Source: an uncultured Bacteroidota bacterium | Lineage (GTDB): Bacteria; Bacteroidota; Bacteroidia; NS11-12g; UBA9320 | Assembly (NCBI GenBank): GCA_913054375.1 | Contig: CAJXIQ010000003.1 | Span: 1-43,840 of the forward strand | Reading direction: 5' to 3' | Length of the DNA: 43,840 bases | Shown here: one piece after another, positions 19,400-28,905 of the stretch | Numbering within the stretch: the stretch's first letter is position 1 | How the letters are laid out: each line of letters begins with the position of its first letter | Notes under the pieces: generated by a model | Seen by the model: only the letters and a program-made list of their open reading frames with translations | What the model was told of the DNA's origin: nothing | Database searches by the model: none | Translations under genes and position numbers: made by a program

Positions 19400-21742
19400 A
19401 TGAAGATATCATACAACTGGTTAAAACGATTCATCAACCTAGACCTACCTCTGGAAGAAATTTGCGAGAAGCTCACTATGAGCGGATTAGAAGTTGAACA
19501 CATTGTAAAAACTGAATCTATAAAAGGTGGACTCCGAAACTTAGTAGTAGGACATGTACTTACCAAGGACAAACATCCTGATGCGGATAAACTAAATAAG
19601 ACGACCGTAGACATCGGAAATGGCGCAATACTAAATATTGTATGCGGAGCCCCAAATATAGCGGCTGGTCAAAAAGTAATAGTTGCTCCCGTAGGAACTA
19701 CGATACATACTGAAGAGGGAAGCTTTGATATAAAAAAAGCCAAAATAAGAGGCGAAGCATCTGAAGGTATGATTTGCGGAGCAGATGAGGTTGGACTCGG
19801 ATTAGACAAGTCTGGTATAATGGTGCTAGAAGAAAGTCTACTTCCAGGCACTCCACTAACAGATGTATTCACGGTTGAAACAGACCATCAATTGGAAATA
19901 GCGATAATACCCAATAGAGGAGATGCTATTTCACACATGGGTGTAGCGCGTGAGCTACAAGCTCTAACGGGCAACAAATACAAGAAACCAAGCATAGAGA
20001 ATTTAGATGCTCGCGGACAAATGCGCGTAGATATTAGCATAGACAATAGTGAAGCGTGTCCACGATATAGTGGCATTACGCTCAAGGGCGTCACTGTGAA
20101 AGAGTCACCAGACTGGTTGCAAAAACGTCTGAAGTCTATTGACTTGAAACCTATTAACAACGTTGTAGATTTTACTAATTTCATACAACATGAGATAGGT
20201 CAACCGATGCACGCCTTTGACTACGATAAGCTTGCTGGCAAAAAAATAGTGGCACGTTATGCTACAGCAGGGGAAAAGCTAACTACACTAGACGATGTAA
20301 ATCGTGAATTGGGCCCTCACCATCTAGTTATTGCTGACGAAAACAAACCAATAGCACTAGCTGGTGTACTCGGCGGTCTAGACTCCGGAGTAACAAAAGA
20401 CACGGTAAATATTTTCTTAGAAAGCGCCTATTTTGACCCTGCGGCTGTCCGCAAAACGGCAAAAAGCTTTGGACTAAACACCGACTCAAGCTACAGATTC
20501 GAACGAGGCACCGACCCAGATATGGTAAACTTTGCCCTTGTGCGCGTATCAAACCTAATTTTGGAAGAAGCAGGTGGCGAGATCGCTTCTGAAGTGGTAG
20601 ACATATACCCAGAGGCTATAGAACCCTTGCAGATAGAAATAAAATTAGAAGACTTTAATAAGTTCATAGGGCATCCCATACCCGAGGAAACCGCAACCGC
20701 CATACTTCAAAGCCTTGAGATTAAAATCTTGAGAAATAACAACGGTAACCTCTTCCTAGAAGTACCTCGCTATAGGCCAGACGTACAACGACCAGTAGAT
20801 ATATATGAAGAAATCCTACGGATATATGGATTTGATAATATTCCTATTCCGCAAAAAGTAAACTACGTACCATCCGTAATAAATAAGAATGCCCCCAATA
20901 AACTAAAAACCAAAATCAGTAACTACTTAACAGATATTGGGTTCAATGAAATAATGAACAACTCCCTTGTAGCTAGCCAGCTATACAGCGAAAAGGAACT
21001 AAAAGAGGCTGTTTATATGCTCAATCCACTGAGTCAAGATATGAATGTGATGCGTATGGAGTTGGTCAATTCTGCACTCTCCTCAGTTGCATATAACATC
21101 AATCGTAAAAATGCCGACCTTAAATTTTTTGAGTTTGGTAAAGTATATTTCAAACAAGAAAAAACCTTTGTAGAACGCGAATTTCTACAACTCACTTTTA
21201 GTGGTAACAGACATCCGGAACACTGGAGCACTACGGCAGCAATAGCGACTACAGACCAACTAACCGCTGTAGCTCTAAACCTTCTAAAAAAGCTCAACAT
21301 AGCTCCGAAGCATCTTGACAAACTACTCACGAAGCATACAGTAGATAAAGTACAGATGAAGAAGCACGGTTTGAAACAAGATGTGATTACGTTAAGTTTG
21401 GACTGGGACGAGTGCCTGCGCCTATCCAATGAGAAAATTACGTTGAAAGACATACCTGTTTTTCCAATAGTACGCAGAGATCTGTCGCTCGTGTTGGATA
21501 AAAGTGTAGCGTTCAAAGAAGTGCAAAAAATTGCGAATCAAACACTTCAACAAACGCTTACAGACACCCTACTCTTTGATGTTTACGAGGGAAAACCATT
21601 AAAGAACGATCAAAAGTCTTTTGCTGTAGCCTTCTTCTTATACAATCCTAAAAAGACTATGGAAGACTCAGAAATAGATGCATTAATGGCCAAATTAATT
21701 ACTAACTTTGAATCCAACCTTAGTGCAGTTATTCGAAAATAA
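19400..21742 (+). CDS. pheT: Phenylalanine--tRNA ligase beta subunit
   Basis: MKISYNWLK, HPDADKL, VCGAPN, PNRGD, SSYRFERG, EEILRIYG and RRDLS motifs. Confidence 0.97.
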   Translation: MKISYNWLKRFINLDLPLEEICEKLTMSGLEVEHIVKTESIKGGLRNLVVGHVLTKDKHPDADKLNKTTVDIGNGAILNIVCGAPNIAAGQKVIVAPVGTTIHTEEGSFDIKKAKIRGEASEGMICGADEVGLGLDKSGIMVLEESLLPGTPLTDVFTVETDHQLEIAIIPNRGDAISHMGVARELQALTGNKYKKPSIENLDARGQMRVDISIDNSEACPRYSGITLKGVTVKESPDWLQKRLKSIDLKPINNVVDFTNFIQHEIGQPMHAFDYDKLAGKKIVARYATAGEKLTTLDDVNRELGPHHLVIADENKPIALAGVLGGLDSGVTKDTVNIFLESAYFDPAAVRKTAKSFGLNTDSSYRFERGTDPDMVNFALVRVSNLILEEAGGEIASEVVDIYPEAIEPLQIEIKLEDFNKFIGHPIPEETATAILQSLEIKILRNNNGNLFLEVPRYRPDVQRPVDIYEEILRIYGFDNIPIPQKVNYVPSVINKNAPNKLKTKISNYLTDIGFNEIMNNSLVASQLYSEKELKEAVYMLNPLSQDMNVMRMELVNSALSSVAYNINRKNADLKFFEFGKVYFKQEKTFVEREFLQLTFSGNRHPEHWSTTAAIATTDQLTAVALNLLKKLNIAPKHLDKLLTKHTVDKVQMKKHGLKQDVITLSLDWDECLRLSNEKITLKDIPVFPIVRRDLSLVLDKSVAFKEVQKIANQTLQQTLTDTLLFDVYEGKPLKNDQKSFAVAFFLYNPKKTMEDSEIDALMAKLITNFESNLSAVIRK

Positions 21743-22026
21743 TGGAATTATTCGCTCGTTTAGAAAATATAGAATTTCATATTAACCAACTAAAGCAGAA
21801 ATGCAATGTGTTGCAAACTGAAAATGAGCAACTGCGCGCAGAGAAGCGGGAGCTAGAGCGCCAAATATATAAGACAACCCAAGAGCTGCAGGGATTAGAA
21901 GAAACAAATAAAATCACTAAACTTGCAGAGGACACCCGTTCATTTTCTGATAATACTGCGCTAAAAACGCAAATAGACCAGATTATCAGGGAGATAGACC
22001 AGTGTTTGAATTTAGTTAAACAATAA
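21742..22026 (+). CDS. Coiled-coil protein, ZapB-like
   Basis: 94-aa coiled coil ending IDQIIREIDQCL; lies between pheT and zapA. Confidence 0.7.
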   Translation: MELFARLENIEFHINQLKQKCNVLQTENEQLRAEKRELERQIYKTTQELQGLEETNKITKLAEDTRSFSDNTALKTQIDQIIREIDQCLNLVKQ

Positions 22027-22051
22027 TAAAAGATAGACCAAACAGGCGACA

Positions 22052-22333
22052 ATGTCTGAACAAGAAATATCCATAAAAGTCAATATTTGCGACCGGTTTT
22101 ACCCGCTACGAATAAAAACCTCTGAAGAGGAAAACGTACGTTTAGCAGCCAAGACCATCAATGATAGAGCACAGTTTTATATCGAAAATTTTTCGGTACA
22201 AGATAAACAAGACGCTCTCTCTATGGTAGCATTAGAATTTGCATCAGAAGATAACAACACACTTTCTGGAGGCATAGACTTAGAACATATAAATACCAAA
22301 CTGAAAGGATTAGAGCAAATGCTCGATATTTAA
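22052..22333 (+). CDS. zapA: Cell division protein ZapA
   Basis: IKVNICDRFYPL, EEENVRLAAK and DKQDALSM motifs; upstream of rny. Confidence 0.88.
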   Translation: MSEQEISIKVNICDRFYPLRIKTSEEENVRLAAKTINDRAQFYIENFSVQDKQDALSMVALEFASEDNNTLSGGIDLEHINTKLKGLEQMLDI

Positions 22334-22430
22334 TTTTAGATCAGCGTATCGATAGGAAGTTTCTTTTTCACATACCGTCTTTTTGTACTATCCGAACGTA
22401 AATCAAAAATAACGACAAACAAAAAGAACA

Positions 22431-24005
22431 ATGATTGAAGCAATTATAGCAGTAGTAGCCGTCGCCCTAGGGAGTGGAGTAGCATGGGTTATTGCATCCA
22501 AAAATAACAGCACAAAAGCAGTAGAAATAGAGGCAAAAGCCGAATCTATACTAGCCAAAGCACAAGCCAACGCCGATTCTGTAAAGTCAAAAGCGGATGC
22601 ATACAAACGTGAGCGCGAACTAGAAGCAAAAGAAAAGTTTCATAAACTCAAAAATGAACACCGTGAATCAACCAGAGATAAAGATAAGGAGCTAGACAAC
22701 AGGTTTAACGATATCAAAAGAAAAGAGCAAAGTCTTGATTCTAAGATACAGCACAACACGCAAAAAGAAAAAGAGCTGGATGAGGTAAAGAAAAACCTGG
22801 CGAACCAAGTAGATATAGTAAAGCAGAAACAAGAAGAGTTAAAAGAGCAGATAGGTGCACAGATATCGCAACTAGAGAAAATATCAGGACTATCGAAAGA
22901 TGATGCCAAAGCTCAAATGATAGATGCCGTAGCTAAAGATGCTCGTACAGAGGCATTAGCCCAGCAAAAATTGATTATCGAAGAAGCCAAACTATCTGCT
23001 AATAAAGATGCAAAGCGTATGATCTTACAGACCATACAACGTACTGCCGCAGAGCAAGCCATAGAAAATTCTGTCACCGTGTTCAATATAGACAATGACG
23101 ATATAAAAGGACGAATCATTGGTAGAGAAGGCCGGAACATCAGAGCACTAGAAGCAGCTACTGGTATTGAAATAATTGTAGATGACACGCCTGAGGCTAT
23201 TATTCTATCCGGTTTTGATCCAGTACGCAGAGAGATAGCAAGACTATCGCTGCACAGACTGGTAGCAGATGGGAGAATACATCCTGCACGTATAGAGGAA
23301 GTAGTAGAGAAAACAAAAAAAGACGTAGAGCAAGAGATAAACGAATACGGTGAGAAAACGGTAATAGATCTTGGTGTTAACGGGCTTCACCCTGAGCTAA
23401 TTCGTATGGTAGGTAGAATGCGTTTCCGTTCTTCTTATGGCCAGAATCTTCTGAAACACAGTAGAGAGGTTGCCAATCTTTGTGCTACTATGGCAGCCGA
23501 ATTTGGACTGGATGCTAAGCGAGCCAAAAGAGCTGGACTACTGCACGATATAGGTAAAGTGCCTGATAGCGATAGCGAAATGCCTCACGCACTTTTGGGC
23601 ATGAAACTTTGTGAAAAATTTGGCGAGCATCCTGAGGTATGTAATGCAGTAGGAGCTCACCACGACGAGATAGAAATGACAAATCTCTACTCTCCTATTG
23701 TTCAGGCGTGTGATGCGATAAGCGGATCTAGACCGGGTGCACGTAGAGAAGATAGTGAGAATTACATCAAGCGACTACAAGATCTTGAGAAACTAGCTCT
23801 TGGATTTGAAGGTGTAGAGAAATCATTTGCCATACAAGCAGGTAGAGAACTACGGGTGATAGTAGATAGTGATTCACTAGACGATAAACAAGCAGACTTA
23901 CTATCGTTCGATATATCACAGAAAATCATGAAGGAAATGATCTACCCAGGTCAGATCAAGATAACTGTAATACGCGAGCGTAGAGCGGTAAATTTTGCGA
24001 AGTAA
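22431..24005 (+). CDS. rny: Ribonuclease Y
   Basis: N-terminal TM, coiled coil, KH ([13 protein letters not shown]), HD (LLHDIGK) and [11 protein letters not shown] motifs. Confidence 0.97.
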   Translation: MIEAIIAVVAVALGSGVAWVIASKNNSTKAVEIEAKAESILAKAQANADSVKSKADAYKRERELEAKEKFHKLKNEHRESTRDKDKELDNRFNDIKRKEQSLDSKIQHNTQKEKELDEVKKNLANQVDIVKQKQEELKEQIGAQISQLEKISGLSKDDAKAQMIDAVAKDARTEALAQQKLIIEEAKLSANKDAKRMILQTIQRTAAEQAIENSVTVFNIDNDDIKGRIIGREGRNIRALEAATGIEIIVDDTPEAIILSGFDPVRREIARLSLHRLVADGRIHPARIEEVVEKTKKDVEQEINEYGEKTVIDLGVNGLHPELIRMVGRMRFRSSYGQNLLKHSREVANLCATMAAEFGLDAKRAKRAGLLHDIGKVPDSDSEMPHALLGMKLCEKFGEHPEVCNAVGAHHDEIEMTNLYSPIVQACDAISGSRPGARREDSENYIKRLQDLEKLALGFEGVEKSFAIQAGRELRVIVDSDSLDDKQADLLSFDISQKIMKEMIYPGQIKITVIRERRAVNFAK

Positions 24006-24056
24006 AGTTGAGTAATCTGCAACTAGTCGAGCCTAACTAGTTGTCAGCATATACAG

Positions 24057-24087
24057 AATGGAGTTGCGAGAGTAGCTCCATTTTTTT
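24057..24087 (+). terminator. Intrinsic terminator of rny
   Basis: AATGGAGTTGC-GAGA-GTAGCTCCATT followed by a T tract; the stem includes two G-U pairs on the plus strand. Confidence 0.85.
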
Positions 24088-24113
24088 GTGATTCATATTC
24101 CTCCACATTCTTT

Positions 24114-24121
24114 TATCTTTG
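24114..24121 (+). promoter_or_regulatory. -7 element (TATCTTTG) for the FGase-like gene
   Basis: TAnnTTTG match 4 nt before TTG 24126. Confidence 0.65.
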
Positions 24122-24125
24122 ATAC

Positions 24126-25301
24126 TTGAATATTATTAAATCACTTATTCTGTCGCTATTTTCATCAATTGTACTCCTCGGGCAAGCACAAACATTCACC
24201 TCAGGAAACACGTACGTAGATAGCAACAGCTATATTGAGTACTTCGTTGGTAATTTACCCCTAATACTCTCATCTCCACACGGCGGATACCTAGAACCAG
24301 ACTCCATTCCTCGTAGAGATTGCGATGGATGTGTATATCAGCGAGACTCCTACACACAAGAACTTACCCGAGGCATAAAAGACGCTATCGTATCCAAGAC
24401 GGGTTGCTACCCTCATATGGTTATAAACCTGCTGCACCGCAACAGACTAGATGCCAATAGAGACATCATAGAGGCGGCAGATAGTAATACGACCGTAGAA
24501 AAATCTTGGGAGTACTTCCATAGAATGACAGACACTGCCAAAGCTATAGCCACGAGACAATATGAAAAAGGACTGTATATAGATATGCACGCTCATGCCC
24601 ATAGCATACAACGACTAGAAATAGGACATGCCGTATGGAAAAGTGACCTTCAACAATCTGATAATCATTTGAATAGTCAGATAGTTTTGGAGAAAAGCAC
24701 GATAAAGAACTTGGCCAACGATAATATCAATAATCTAAGTCATGCACAACTATTACGTGGCGAATATTCACTGGGCACAATGATGCACGAGTCTGGTTTC
24801 CCGTCTGTACCAAGCAGTACAGATAGTTTTCCGTTAGATACTCAGTTGTTTTTCACAGGAGGCTACGATGTAAAACGGCACGGATCTAGAAACGGCGGTA
24901 CGATAGACGCTATACAGATAGAATGCAATCAGAGTTGGAGATTCACCTCTGCAGGTAGAGAGGCCTTTATAGACAGTGCTAGTAATACACTTATTGAATT
25001 CGTAAAGACACACTACTTTTCAGATTTCAAAGCGAACTACTGTGAAAAGCTACTGAGTACATCCAATACAAACCAAGAGAGTTATAGTATGTATCCCAAT
25101 CCAGCTCGCAACACATTATACATTAACTGCAGACTACGAAATGCGTCTATTGCCATATACAAGAACCCAGGAATACTGGTTTTTGAAGGCAAACTAGTCA
25201 ATGAGCAAATAGATATAAGCAAATTTCCTTCTGGCATTTATTACGTCAGAATAAGCAACGCACACAAATCGCTATCGCCTAAAGCATTTGTAAAGCAGTA
25301 A
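24126..25301 (+). CDS. Secreted N-formylglutamate amidohydrolase-like Zn hydrolase with a T9SS type A C-terminal sorting domain
   Basis: Sec signal (..LLGQA-Q); SPHGG, D..TQEL, LDANR, DMHAH and AIQIE motifs; C-terminal YPNPA...IDIS.FPSGIYYVRI...FVKQ. Confidence 0.75.
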   Translation: MNIIKSLILSLFSSIVLLGQAQTFTSGNTYVDSNSYIEYFVGNLPLILSSPHGGYLEPDSIPRRDCDGCVYQRDSYTQELTRGIKDAIVSKTGCYPHMVINLLHRNRLDANRDIIEAADSNTTVEKSWEYFHRMTDTAKAIATRQYEKGLYIDMHAHAHSIQRLEIGHAVWKSDLQQSDNHLNSQIVLEKSTIKNLANDNINNLSHAQLLRGEYSLGTMMHESGFPSVPSSTDSFPLDTQLFFTGGYDVKRHGSRNGGTIDAIQIECNQSWRFTSAGREAFIDSASNTLIEFVKTHYFSDFKANYCEKLLSTSNTNQESYSMYPNPARNTLYINCRLRNASIAIYKNPGILVFEGKLVNEQIDISKFPSGIYYVRISNAHKSLSPKAFVKQ

Positions 25302-25321
25302 TTGTAACATTGCACCAAGCC

Positions 25322-26539
25322 ATGAACATCCTTCTCAAAAACATAAAACAACTAATCGGGATTACCGATGACTCTAGCATCATAAAACGGGGTAAAGCGC
25401 AAGGCGAGGTAGGAACCATTGACAATGCCTATTTGGTGGTCAGAAATCATACGATTGAATCTTTTGGGCCAATGAGCGAATGCCCTGAGATGAACATGGA
25501 CTCGCACGATTGTGCCGGCAGACTCGTGATGCCTATGTATGTAGATAGCCATACCCATATGATTTTTGCCGAAAGCCGAAGCGGAGAGATGAGCCAACGC
25601 TTGCATGGCAAAACCTACCAAGAAATAGCTGAATCTGGAGGCGGAATACTCAATAGTGCCGCCAAACTACGCTCTTTGAGCGAGCAGCAGTTGTATGATG
25701 CCGCTCAAGAACGTATAGGAAATGCCATAAAACAAGGCACAGGGGCTATAGAGATAAAAAGTGGATATGGATTAACCATTGAGGATGAAATGAAAATGCT
25801 GCGTGTCATACGTATCTTAAAGCAGCTCTCTCCTACTCCGATAAAGGCTACTTTTTTAGGTGCTCACGCTCTACCTGAAGAATTCAAAAACAACAAAGAC
25901 GTGTATATGCACTTGGTATGTAATGAGATGCTTCCGCGTATAGCTGGCGAAGGTTTGGCAGATTACATAGACATCTTCTGTGAGACAGGTTACTTTAGCT
26001 TAGACGACCTAAAACACGTGATAGAAGCTGGAGAGAAACACGGCCTAAAAGCAAAGGTACACGTAAATCAGTTTAGCAGTTTTGGGGCAGTAAAAATGGC
26101 TTGCGAAATGGGAGCTTTATCGGTAGATCATTTAGAGGTAATGAACAATGATGATTATTCGGCATTAGCCAACTCCAATACCATAGCTACAGGATTACCG
26201 CTTTGTTCACTATTCCTAGATATACCCTATACACCGGGAAGACAGCTAATAGACAAAAATATTCCGCTAGCGATAGCCAGTGACTTCAATCCAGGATCTG
26301 CTCCTAGCAGCAATCTTAATCTTGCCTTTGGCCTAGCGTGTAGTCAAATGAAACTTACTCCAGAAGAAGCGTTCAATGCATTAACGTATAATGCTGCTTT
26401 TGCTATGGAAGTACAAGACGAAGTAGGAAGCATCCAAATTGGCAAAAAAGCAAACTTGATTATCACCAAACCAGCGAATGGTTTAGCCGATATCCCATAT
26501 TGGTTTGGGGAGAGTATGATCGGGAGTGTACTAATTTAA
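25322..26539 (+). CDS. hutI: Imidazolonepropionase
   Basis: DSHTH, GGGIL, EIKSGYGL, FLGAH, DIFCE, SVDHLE and SDFNPGS motifs. Start refined to ATG 25322. Confidence 0.95.
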   Translation: MNILLKNIKQLIGITDDSSIIKRGKAQGEVGTIDNAYLVVRNHTIESFGPMSECPEMNMDSHDCAGRLVMPMYVDSHTHMIFAESRSGEMSQRLHGKTYQEIAESGGGILNSAAKLRSLSEQQLYDAAQERIGNAIKQGTGAIEIKSGYGLTIEDEMKMLRVIRILKQLSPTPIKATFLGAHALPEEFKNNKDVYMHLVCNEMLPRIAGEGLADYIDIFCETGYFSLDDLKHVIEAGEKHGLKAKVHVNQFSSFGAVKMACEMGALSVDHLEVMNNDDYSALANSNTIATGLPLCSLFLDIPYTPGRQLIDKNIPLAIASDFNPGSAPSSNLNLAFGLACSQMKLTPEEAFNALTYNAAFAMEVQDEVGSIQIGKKANLIITKPANGLADIPYWFGESMIGSVLI

Positions 26540-28425
26540 TACGCCCGAGCATTGCTGCCCTGCATGTAGTAAACATAGCTTCTGTTGACTACCTGATTTC
26601 CCCCGGGTGTAGGATAGTTCCCAGAAAAATACCAATCTCCCAGATGGTTAGGACATGAAGCATGGAGTCCTTTAATAGTTTGATAAACTATCTCAACCTG
26701 TGCCTGCATACCTACAGGTGTAACCAATCTACCAATCTCTGCTTCTATTTCCTTGTCTGTGTACCGATCATAAAGCATTTTTACCTTATTCTCCATTTCA
26801 GCCACCGGCTTTTCTAGTTCCGCCGTACACGCTTCAAAAACCACATCCATAAATTGAAGATCCCCTTCTTTTTCGAGCAAACTCTTTACTGCTTGAAAAG
26901 CGATAAACTCATTCATACGACTCATGTCTATCCCATAGCAATCTGGATATTTTATGATAGGGGCACTCGAAGCTACTATTATTTTTTTGGGACCTAAACG
27001 GTCCAATATTCTCAGAATACTTTTCTTCAAGGTGGTGCCTCTTACGATGCTATCATCCACAACCACAAGCGTATCTGTAGGTTTCACCACTTCGTAGGTC
27101 ACATCGTATCCATTACCCACTAAGTCGTCTCTACCCTCGTCTTGAGCAATGAACGTTCGTATTTTGGCGTCTTTGATGAGTAATTTTTCTCTTCTTATTT
27201 TTACAGAAAGGAGTGTATCTATCTCCTGAGCTGTTGCCGTACTCCCCAGTTTAAGGAGCTGCTCTCTCTTCCACTTATCCAAGTACTTGTATACGCCATC
27301 GATAAGTCCATAGTATGATGTAGCTGCCGTATTTGGTATATATGAAAAAACAGTAGATCGAATATCGAAGTCAAGCCTAGTGAGTATCTCTCGCGATATT
27401 TTACGCCCCAGCCGTTTACGCTCCTCATGTATTTTCCCATCACTACCTCTGGAGAAATAGATACGCTCAAAGCTACACGAAAGGCGTTCTTGAGGTTCCA
27501 TAATTTGTTTCTCTTCAAAGCTTCCATCTCGCTTTACGATTAGGGCATTCCCCGGTTTCACTTCTTTCAGATCACCCATTTGCAAGTCGAACGCGGTTTG
27601 AATAGCGGGTCGCTCACTAGCAACTACGACTACTTCATCATTGGCCCAATAGTAGTTGGGTCTTATCCCGTTTGGATCCCGCATTACAAATGCATTTCCA
27701 TCTCCTATTAACCCTACCATGTTGTATCCTCCATCGACACTTTTGAATGAATTTTTTAGTACATTCTCTAGATCTAGGTTGTTTTTAATATACTCCGCAG
27801 TAGCAAGGCTATCCATATCATTCTCCTTACACTCCTTGTACAGTCGTTCGTTCTCATCATCCAAAAAATGTCCAATTTTTTCGAGCATCGTAACGTTATC
27901 ACTTATTTCTTTGGGATGCTGTCCTAGCTCTATGAGTTGCTGGTACATTTCTTGTACGTTGGTCACGTTATAGTTTCCAGCTAACACAAGGTTTCTACTC
28001 ATCCAGTTATTTTGACGCAGAAATGGATGAATATTCTCAATACTATTTTTCCCATGAGTAGCATACCTGAGGTGCCCCAAAAGTACTTCCCCGGCATACG
28101 CGTAATTTTTTTTGAGCCACTTTGTATCTTGGGCTTTCTCCTGATTTAGATTAGCAAATTTTGTATTGACACGTTCAAAAAGTGTAGAAACAGCGCCGCT
28201 ACCGTTTGCTCTTTCTCGGGCTATGTACCTACTACCATACTCTGGATCCAATTTTATCGCCGCAAGACCAGAACCATCTTGGCCTCTATTGAGTTGCTTA
28301 TTCATAAGCATTTGCAATTTCTTTAATCCCCAAAGTTCTGTTCCATACTTCTCTTTGTAGAATTCTAGTGGTTTTCTAAGCCTTATAAAGGCTACACCAC
28401 ACTCGTGTTTTATAGGATCGCTCAT
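26536..28425 (-). CDS. purF: Amidophosphoribosyltransferase (Bacteroidota long type)
   Basis: MSDPIKHE-CG Ntn start, NRGQD, GHLRYAT, FERIYF, RTFI, VVVDDSIVRGTT and YGIDM motifs. Confidence 0.9.
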   Translation of the reverse strand: MSDPIKHECGVAFIRLRKPLEFYKEKYGTELWGLKKLQMLMNKQLNRGQDGSGLAAIKLDPEYGSRYIARERANGSGAVSTLFERVNTKFANLNQEKAQDTKWLKKNYAYAGEVLLGHLRYATHGKNSIENIHPFLRQNNWMSRNLVLAGNYNVTNVQEMYQQLIELGQHPKEISDNVTMLEKIGHFLDDENERLYKECKENDMDSLATAEYIKNNLDLENVLKNSFKSVDGGYNMVGLIGDGNAFVMRDPNGIRPNYYWANDEVVVVASERPAIQTAFDLQMGDLKEVKPGNALIVKRDGSFEEKQIMEPQERLSCSFERIYFSRGSDGKIHEERKRLGRKISREILTRLDFDIRSTVFSYIPNTAATSYYGLIDGVYKYLDKWKREQLLKLGSTATAQEIDTLLSVKIRREKLLIKDAKIRTFIAQDEGRDDLVGNGYDVTYEVVKPTDTLVVVDDSIVRGTTLKKSILRILDRLGPKKIIVASSAPIIKYPDCYGIDMSRMNEFIAFQAVKSLLEKEGDLQFMDVVFEACTAELEKPVAEMENKVKMLYDRYTDKEIEAEIGRLVTPVGMQAQVEIVYQTIKGLHASCPNHLGDWYFSGNYPTPGGNQVVNRSYVYYMQGSNARAY

Positions 28426-28443
28426 ATACTGAGATTAAGCAAA

Positions 28444-28459
28444 CAAATGTATAACTTTG
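28444..28459. promoter_or_regulatory. Back-to-back divergent -7 elements for purF (TACATTTG, minus) and aroQ (TAACTTTG, plus)
   Basis: CAAATGTA|TAACTTTG within the 57-bp intergenic region. Confidence 0.7.
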
Positions 28460-28482
28460 AAGCATCATAAGAGTCACCTTAA

Positions 28483-28905
28483 TTGAAAATACTAATCATA
28501 AACGGCCCAAATTTAAACTTGCTTGGTAAGCGAGAGCCAAGCGTGTATGGACACCAGAGTTTTGAGGAATTCCTTGAGCAGGTTAAGCACCAGTTCTCAA
28601 CACTAGAAATCGACTATTTTCAAAGCAATAGAGAAGGAGAGTTAATCGACCAACTACACCAAACAGAAAATACTGATTATCAAGGAATCGTACTAAATGC
28701 TGGCGGATATTCGCATACTTCAGTAGCCTTAGCAGATGCTGTGGCCGCTATAACTACTCCCGTTATTGGTGTTCATATTTCCAATATATATTCAAGAGAG
28801 CAGGAAAGGCATACAGAGTTATTGGCTCAATATTGCATCGGAGGAATATTTGGTTTAGGACTTCAAGGGTACGTTAGTGCTATACAAGCACTTATAAGTC
28901 TGTAA
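28483..28905 (+). CDS. aroQ: Type II 3-dehydroquinate dehydratase
   Basis: NGPNLNLLGKREPSVYG, QSN.EG, NAGGYSHTSVALADA and VHISN motifs. Confidence 0.93.
   Translation: MKILIINGPNLNLLGKREPSVYGHQSFEEFLEQVKHQFSTLEIDYFQSNREGELIDQLHQTENTDYQGIVLNAGGYSHTSVALADAVAAITTPVIGVHISNIYSREQERHTELLAQYCIGGIFGLGLQGYVSAIQALISL

Noticed and set aside
21280-21420. PheT looks slightly shortened before the anticodon-binding domain
   Set aside because: Frame is intact and this region is variable; cannot be quantified without an alignment.
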